A stretch of DNA of 64,000 bases from assembly GCA_964016885.1 (NCBI GenBank), contig OZ024744.1, forward strand, positions 7,378,001 to 7,442,000. The letters are read 5' to 3'. Numbering within the stretch: position 1 is the stretch's first letter; every line of letters begins with the position of its first letter. A model generated the notes under the pieces. The model was not told the DNA's origin. It worked only from the letters and a program-made list of their open reading frames with translations, and did no database searches. Below, piece after piece: positions 52,099 to 64,000 of the stretch. This stretch comes from Eledone cirrhosa (lineage: Eukaryota). A program made the position numbers and the translations under genes.

Positions 52099-52930
52099 GA
52101 TAACAAGTGCAGACTCTGCAGAACTAACATCGAGGATATCACCCATGTCATCAGCAGCTGTCCAAAGATGTCATCGTGATACTATCTACCTATGAGGCAT
52201 GATGTAGTGGCCAAAACACTGTACAATGCAGTTCGTAAAAAAGATAGCCCCGATAATAAACACATTAAAAGCTACAACAATGTGGAAGACATCCATGTAC
52301 ATAAAATGAAAGAGTACTGGTGGAATGTTCCAGTAAAAACCCCAATAAAATGCAGGCATAACAGACCAGATATTATGATATGGGACAGGGAGAAGAAAAC
52401 ATGCACAGTAGTGGAAATTAGCTGCCAAGCAGATTCCAATATAATATCAAAGATTAGTGAAAAGGAGAAAATTTATTCAGAACTGATGAGAAATCTGCAG
52501 ATACTCCACCCTGGTTACACCTTCAGATTTATGCCTGTGATTATTGGGTCACTGGCCAATGTTAGTAACTGCCTCAATACAAATCTTGAGAAGCTGGGCT
52601 TCACAGGAACAGAAAGAACACAACTAGTTAGAAAATTACAAGAACAATCCATAAATGGAAGAGTAAAAATATGTAAAACATTCCAAAAATGTTGCATCTA
52701 ATAACTACAGATACACATGTACAGATACAAAGCATATACATATGCACACATACAACTCAAAACATCCACATCCACACATACAATAACATCCATATCTACA
52801 CATGCATGCATACATACATATCTACCTAGTTGATGTTGTGTAAATTCCAATGAGAGAGTCTTGTGTCTATGTTAGAACCCGACCCACTCTCTATTGGTAA
52901 AAATGTGTGAAATTATAAAACCAGAAGAAC
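52068..52930 (+). mobile_element. 3' fragment of R4-like family A
   Basis: CRLCRTNIEDITHVISSC, RHD, RPDIMIWD; same 3' end as the copy ending at 21270; (CATA)n both sides. Confidence 0.9.
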
Positions 52931-52991
52931 ATACATACATACGTACTTACATACATACGTACATACATACATACATATATACATATATATG

Positions 52992-53563
52992 CCGGCTGCC
53001 AACTCGTTTTCGAGTACGGTCACTATTTTATATCCATGTAGGAGAACCCCTACCGATGCGCTGAACGAGTGTGACTTTTTAGTCCAGCCAGCGACTTGAA
53101 AACTCTGGTACAAACACTACACTTGTGACAATTATTGACATATAATGCTGAGACCATCGTACCATGTGACGACAAGTGCAGAGAGATCTCCAGATATAAA
53201 GCAATGCCTGTGCCGTGAAGCTTTTATAGTGAACAAAGGCACTGCACAAAGCCAAATAGAAGAACAAGTCAACATTATTGGATACCATCAGAGTTGCAGG
53301 TGTTATATCAGAGTTTTCCTTCTCCTAGAATTCTGCCTTGACAAAGGCTAAGGGGTCATCTCTCCCGGTGATTTTGGATGGCCATTGACTATTAAGAGCT
53401 CCTTTGCCCTTTGAGAGGTTTTGTTTTTAGTCCTGCACAATGTCCAAAGTCACCCTCCTCACCAAGAAACCTTGGTGGGGTTGCCAGTTTAGTCTTCAAC
53501 GACCCAACCATGAGACAGGTTGTACTGGGATACATGTTACCAGTAGCACCAACTGGTGACCTG
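52992..53563 (-). mobile_element. Near-full bipartite RTE-derived element family 1
   Basis: Reverse complement of 16895-17490 with a small internal deletion. Confidence 0.88.
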
Positions 53564-53597
53564 ACATATATATACATAAGTACGTACATACATACAT

Positions 53598-57721
<4,124 letters not shown>

Positions 57722-59144
57722 GGAAAGGATAAGGAAGGAATGTTACCGCAGAGTGAGAGCAATCTTAAGAACGGAATTGAATGCAAGGAATAGGATCGAT
57801 GCCATAAACACGCTTGCCATACCAGTAGTAACCTACAGTTACAATATCATCAACTGGTCAAGCACAGAGATCCGTAGCCTCGATACAAAAATTAGAAAAT
57901 TCTTAACCATGCATCACCCTAAGGCAGATACAGATATAATATATCTCCCTAGGAAAGAAGGATGCGTGGGTTAATCCAGTTAGATATTGCGTTGAAAACT
58001 GCAACAATTGGATTATCTACATATCTCAGGGAATCACATGATTGGATGATCAAACTCGTTTTGAAACACGAAAACATCAAAAGATCATACTCCATTACAA
58101 AAAATGCACAAAGATACAGTAATGGATTACAAATTTCAGAAGTCCCATTTACTGCTGAAATGGAAAACAGAGAAAAAGGAAAGCAGGTAAATGTAACTGC
58201 AAAGAAAGAACTGCTACAGAAACTGGCTAAGAAATGGCAAGAAAAGCCTCTGTATGGAAAATACCCAGAACGCGCTAACAATCCTGATGTTGACAAAACT
58301 TTAACCCATCAGTGGTTGGCATCCTCTGGACTCAAATCGGAGACTGAAGGACTGATTATATCAGCACAGGATCAGTGTCTGCCAACAAAATATTACCAAG
58401 CCAACATAATAAAAAATGGATGCAGCCCATTATGCCGTGTATGTAAAAAACAAACAGAGACCATTGATCACATAATTTCAATGTGCAGTCCTATAGCTCC
58501 AACCGAATACCTAAACAGGCATGACAGAGCTGCACAATACATACATTGGATAATGTGTAAGCATTTTGACCTGCCCCATCAAAAGAATTGGTGGGAGCAT
58601 CAACCACCTCCCATACTTGAAAAAGATCACATCTCAATCTTGTGGAACTTTAGCATCCAAACAGACCGAAAAATAGATGCAAATAGACCTGATATAATAC
58701 TGAAGGACTTTAAGAAGATGGTATGCCTGCTAATTGATATGTCTGTTCCAATAGACAAGAATGTATCTATAAAAACATTTGAAAAATTGAGCAAGTATAA
58801 GGACCTGGAGATAGAAATTGGAAAAATGTGGAAATTGAGAACTAAAACAATACCAGTGGTTGTAGGCGCTCTAGGAATGATACCTAAGGGGTCTAATGAT
58901 TACTTATCGCAAATCCCAGGAAACCCGCGTATAGGAGAAATACAAAAGATAGTACTAATGGGAACTACCCATATACTAAGGAAGATTCTGTCAATATAAG
59001 TACATCACAAGTCTAAACACCTAAAGATGCATGTGTGAGTATGTATGTTTTTTCTTGAACATGGCGGACCTTGTTGTCTCTTGAGGTCACTGGTTGTGAC
59101 TTGGTGATAACTCGTATGAACATAAAGCAAGATAAATGCAACTG
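57722..59144 (+). mobile_element. 5'-truncated Dong-like family B copy
   Basis: Highly similar to 56258-57688; intact RLE ORF 57962-58999; (TAA)n on both sides. Confidence 0.92.
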
Positions 59145-59161
59145 TAATAATAATAATAATG

Positions 59162-59273
<112 letters not shown>

Positions 59274-59357
59274 CAACAACAACAATAATAATAACGACAA
59301 CAACAACAATAATACACACACACACATATAAACATATCTACACACACACACACACAC

Positions 59358-62300
59358 GATAGCAACTAACAGCGCTGCGATCGAATGTGGCTTTTTAGCC
59401 CAGCCAATGACCTAAAATGTCTTGTACGGAGTCGGCAACCAAAACATTCACTGGGAATAGCCGGTTGTGGTTGGAGTTCATGTACTTTTGCTTTTGCATG
59501 TCGTTTGAGCCTTCCTGCTGATTTACATTCTCTACCACATGCTTGACAAGCATGATGAGTAGCATCTCCAACAGCAGCCTGGTAGTCAACCACTGGTCTT
59601 ACTTTATGACTGCGAAGATGCCTTTCGAGTCCAGTTTTGCTTAGGCAGAGTCTCGCACATACGCTGCATGTCAGCACCATAGGAGGACCCTCGCCGCCTG
59701 GAAATGCAGCAGCAATGCCCTTCCTCACATCCCGCTTTACTTTCCCGTATGCGATTCGAGATGCCTCAAGATCAACTTTCCCATCATATACAGTCTTTCT
59801 CCATTTATTACGAACAGCAGCAACATTTTCCCATGTATCAGCTGAGATGTTAGCGTCTTTCAAAGAGGCTTTAAAGGAATCCTTATACCTCTTTTTTTGG
59901 TTTATGTGGCGGTCGTTTTCCTTTAACTATCTCTCCCCAAAAGTTGTTTTGGTATTCTAGAATCCTTCATCCTGGCAAGGTGACCACTTCAACGGAGTAT
60001 TTGCTTAAGCTCAAGAGCTTCTACACTGTCACACAGAGAGCTTTCCAAAATCTCGACATCACTGATGTGGTCCCTCCAGTGAACGCCATGGATCCGCCTG
60101 AGACACATCTGATGGAAACGCTCCTAATCCTGGGTGGGATTTCATTTTCAAGGTTGCTGTATCGATGGACAGTGCTTCCCAGGTAGACAAACTGATCAAC
60201 CACTCCAAGTCGTTTACCATACACATAGATATTTGGTTCACTGTTCTGCTTACCAGGGGCAGGTTGGTACATGACGACGGTTTTCTTGAGACAGTCAATC
60301 CTAGGGCAGTGCAAGCATCAGAAAATGATTCAAAATGTGCTGCATATCACTCTCTGTGCGCTACAAGATCGCAATCATCTGCATACAAGAAGTCACTTAT
60401 GATTGATGTAAATACTTTTGTCTTTGCAGCAAGGCGCCTGATGATAAATATGCTGCCTGAGGTTCGATACCGGATGTAAAAACCATGCTCGCAATTCCTG
60501 AATGCAATACAGAAAACCATTGCAAAGTATATGGCAAACAGGGTCGGTGCTGGAATATCTGCCTGTTTCACTCTATATTTTTCTGAGATAGGCTCCGACA
60601 TGTTACCTCCGTCATTAACCCAAGCCTTCATGTCGTCATGGAAAAACCTAACTAAAGCAATGCAATTATCAGGGAAACCAAGTTTCTGGAGAACTTTCCA
60701 TAATGCATTTCTGTTAACAGTATCGAAAGCTTTTGTCAGATCGACAAAACCTGATACAGATCCAAACCTTGTTCCATGCACTTCTCCACAATCTGCAATG
60801 TGTGTCAGCAGACGGTCCAGAAGCACCCTACATAAAACGTTCCCTATGACAGAAAGCAATGATATACCTCCGTAGTTCCCACAATCATTCCTGTTACTCT
60901 TTCCCTTGTACAAGACCACCATTACTGCATCACTCCAGTCCTCAGGTACGGATTCATTAGCCCATATCCTGCCAAACAAAGAGTGAAGAGGTTGCAGAAG
61001 TCTCTCACCACCATATTGTAGGAGCTCAGCATGTATGCCATCCATAAATGGAGACCTTCCACTGCTCAGCTTCGAGATAGCTACTGCAACCTCCACAACC
61101 GTCGGAGGTTCTGCGAGAGCTACTTTCACGGGACTGTCTGGAATGAGACTGAGGAAATCTTTCTTGACGACAGGGGGCTGATTCAAAAGTTCATGAAAGT
61201 CCTCTCACCACCTTCGTAGAATTCCTTGTAAGTCACGAAGAAGTTCTTTGACATCCTTGCTGCAAAGCGGTGTCACCAGAGAAGAAGACGGTCCATAAAC
61301 CTCACGCAAGAGACTGTGCAACAGCTTTGTGTTATTGGAATCTGACGCAGCTTGTATCTCACCAGCCTTCTCACTCCACCACTGATCCTTCATCTGAGAA
61401 AGACTCCGCCTAACACGTGATTTCACATCGTTGAGTACCTTATGCAACATATTCTTCTGTGGTTTTGCCATCAAGTAGCGTGACAGAGCACGCCTCTTAT
61501 CAGCCAACAAGTCTTCTATATATTCATCATTCTCAGTAAACCAGTCTTGATGTTTTCAATACCAGAACACGCCTGCCTACATCATAAAACGACTTTTTAA
61601 GGGTCGACCAATCCTCACCAAGATCAGCAACCTGCATCTCTTCTCGCAATGATCTCTTCACATTTTTATCCTTAAGACGAGCAGCATTCAATCTTCTGAG
61701 CATGGCAACACCAGGAGCCCGGATTTTACGTTTAGTGATTAGTTTCACTTTTGCGAGTACCAGGCAGTGATCCGTCCAGCACTCAGCTCCACGAAGAGCA
61801 CGAACACACTGCACATCCCGTCTGTCACGCATCCTGACAAGGACGTAGTCCAAAAGATGCCATTCCTTAGATGCAGGATGCATCCATGTGGTCTTAAATT
61901 TGTTCTTGTGTTCGAACATGGTAATCCAGCTCCTCACACATCTGCAGCAGGAGCATACCATTGTTGTTACACTTTCCCACCCCATGCCTTCCGATTACAT
62001 TCCATGTGTTAAAATCCCTACCCACTCTAGCATTAAAGTCACCAAGCACGATGACTTTGTCTGCCTGAGGAATATTTCTTAAAACACCTTTCAAGGCATG
62101 GTAAAGGGACACTTTTTCTTCATCGACAGAATGCATAGTTGGAGCATACACACTCACCAGGGTCGCATATCTTCCTTTGTCCAGCGGAACTCTCATGGAC
62201 ATAAGACGCTTAGTAATCCCCACTGGGAATTCTTCTAATTTATCCACAAGAACAGTCTTGACAGCAAATGCTACCCCAGCCTCTCTTCTGGTTCCTTCAT

Positions 62301-62490
62301 CTCTTCCTTTCCAGAAGAATGTATATTCTCCACAAAATTCCGTAAGATGACCATCTCAATCTAACCTCGTCTCAGATAAAGCCACGATGTCAAGATCGTA
62401 ACGTCGAAGCTCCTTTCCAACAAGAGCGGTCCTTCGTTCAGGACGCTCCAAGGAATCCCTGTCAAGCAGCGTCCGTACGTTCTAGCAGCC
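59358..62490 (-). mobile_element. Decayed near-full-length RTE LINE (APE + RT + three C2H2-like fingers)
   Basis: APE NVRTLLD..DIVALSETRL, SVYAPT, LGDFNARVG, HLLDYVL, TDHCLV; RT FLYADDCDL; same family as 8219-10688. Confidence 0.93.
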
Positions 62491-63165
62491 AAGACTAAAT
62501 GCCTTGTTTGGCTCTATTACGGTGGCACGATGACGAGCGATCCCAGGCTGTGATAACCTTGGGCTCCTGCCCTTATTGCCAATTATCCCTTTTGTTCCAG
62601 AACCCTTATTGCCAATTATCTCTTTTATATTGTTTTGGAAAAAAAGTAATAATAATAGTAACAATAATAATAATACACTATTAATAATTATTTATTAATG
62701 CAATCGTGCAATGCCTATGCGTAAAGAATATTTTTAAAGTGAGGAAAGACTGTGCACTGAGCCAATCCCACTCTCTGAGCGACAGTAGCTATAATCCGAA
62801 CAGAATAAAAGATCAACATCATCGGTAACTACTGAGCCGCAGGTTTTATATCGGAGTTATCCCAGTTTCCTGAGTTGCCTTCTCCTAGAAGAATGCCCTG
62901 ACAAGGGCTAGGGGTTCTTCGCTTCCAGTGGTTTAACTGCGCGATCGGGCATCCAGCCCGACTATTTCTATGTCCCCGCGCATAAAAAACTAAAAAATAA
63001 AAAAATAAAAACTCACTTATTGACACTCATACGTACGACATACACACACGCAGACACACACACGTACATACACGCGCGCACACACCAACACTCATGCATA
63101 CAAACAAACACACACACATATATATATATATATATTACCGTCATTACTGATACAAGATTATCAAG

Positions 63166-63349
63166 GGCGGTGGATTGGCAGTATCGGTAGAGGGTCGGAC
63201 GCCATGCTTTCCAGCATAGTTACGTCCCTTTACGATCTGAGTTCAAATCCCGCCGAGGTTGACTTTGCCTTTCATCCTTACGGGGTCGATAAAATAAAGT
63301 ACCAGTAATGTACTGGGTAATTTCTGGCCTTGTGCCAATAGTAGAAACA
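63166..63349 (+). mobile_element. Full SINE with 19-bp TSD
   Basis: ATTACTGATACAAGATTAT at 63143-63161 and 63350-63368; A and B boxes; a second diverged copy at about 63440-63590. Confidence 0.92.
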
Positions 63350-64000
63350 ATTACTGATACAAGATTATGTCAACTGATGACTTTCGAAAGAGTTCGTATA
63401 GTTGAAACCGTTCGTGTTACCGTTCAGTATTATTATAATTGCTTTACAGCATAGAGCTATGGCCCTCCACGCTCCGAGCTCAAATCCCGCCAAGGTCAAC
63501 CTTGCCTTTCATCCCCACGGAGTCAACAAAAGAGAGCACCAGTAATGCGCTGGAACAATCGCTGGCCCCGCCCAAAAGCAGAAAAATTATTATTATTAAA
63601 GTTGTTGTTTTCTTAACGCACGATCGCTGGTGATGGTGATGGCGGCGGTGGATGGTGGTGATGGTCGATGTTGTTGTTGTGTTGTGTGTGTGTGTTTAAT
63701 TTTTTTTTTTTTTTTATCGTTTGATGCTGCAGTTGTTGTAAATATTCATTTCATTTCATTCTGAAGCTGTTGTTGCTGTAAACATTAGTGCCAGTGTTGT
63801 TGTTGTAGATGTTGGGGTTGAAATTTGGTCGTTTGATCATTATACCAAAAGCTTATGTTTTTAAGCAGACAGTATTATTGATTTAGGTGTGACAGAAACC
63901 CTGTACTTGGATTTTACCATCAATTCCAATGGGTCCAGGTTGGTTATATATGTATGATATATATATGTATGATTTTGTCATTTATTTTGTCTGATCTGTT

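Noticed and set aside
63370-63430. CTGATGA...GAAAC hammerhead
   Set aside because: Core words are present but stems I and II cannot be paired convincingly; at best a decayed remnant.

Overview
AT-rich, microsatellite-dense animal genomic DNA made almost entirely of nested transposable elements; no intact host gene is recognisable. The tRNA-derived SINE resembles the abundant octopod SINE, so a cephalopod source is a plausible but unverified inference. Contents: R4/Dong-type (RT + restriction-like endonuclease) non-LTR elements of three families, RTE-clade LINEs with C-terminal C2H2 fingers and their short bipartite derivatives, a CRE-like 3' fragment, four decayed Penelope-like (PLE) coding remnants, a decayed Rep/Pif1 Helitron plus non-autonomous Helitrons, a MITE, SINEs with TSDs and a 4.2 kb G-run minisatellite. 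Most long ORFs in the track are microsatellite artefacts. Most notable patterns: (1) many short hammerhead-ribozyme (HHR)-bearing PLE-terminus elements, mostly beside (TA)n tracts, several folded into palindromes whose apex lies inside the HHR; one 153-bp promoter-motif + HHR unit has a 15-bp TSD, and a U.U pair recurs at the base of stem II; (2) RTE (TATG)n tails repeatedly serve as landing sites for further RTEs (same strand) and R4-like elements (opposite strand). Coordinates and folds were read by eye and are approximate.
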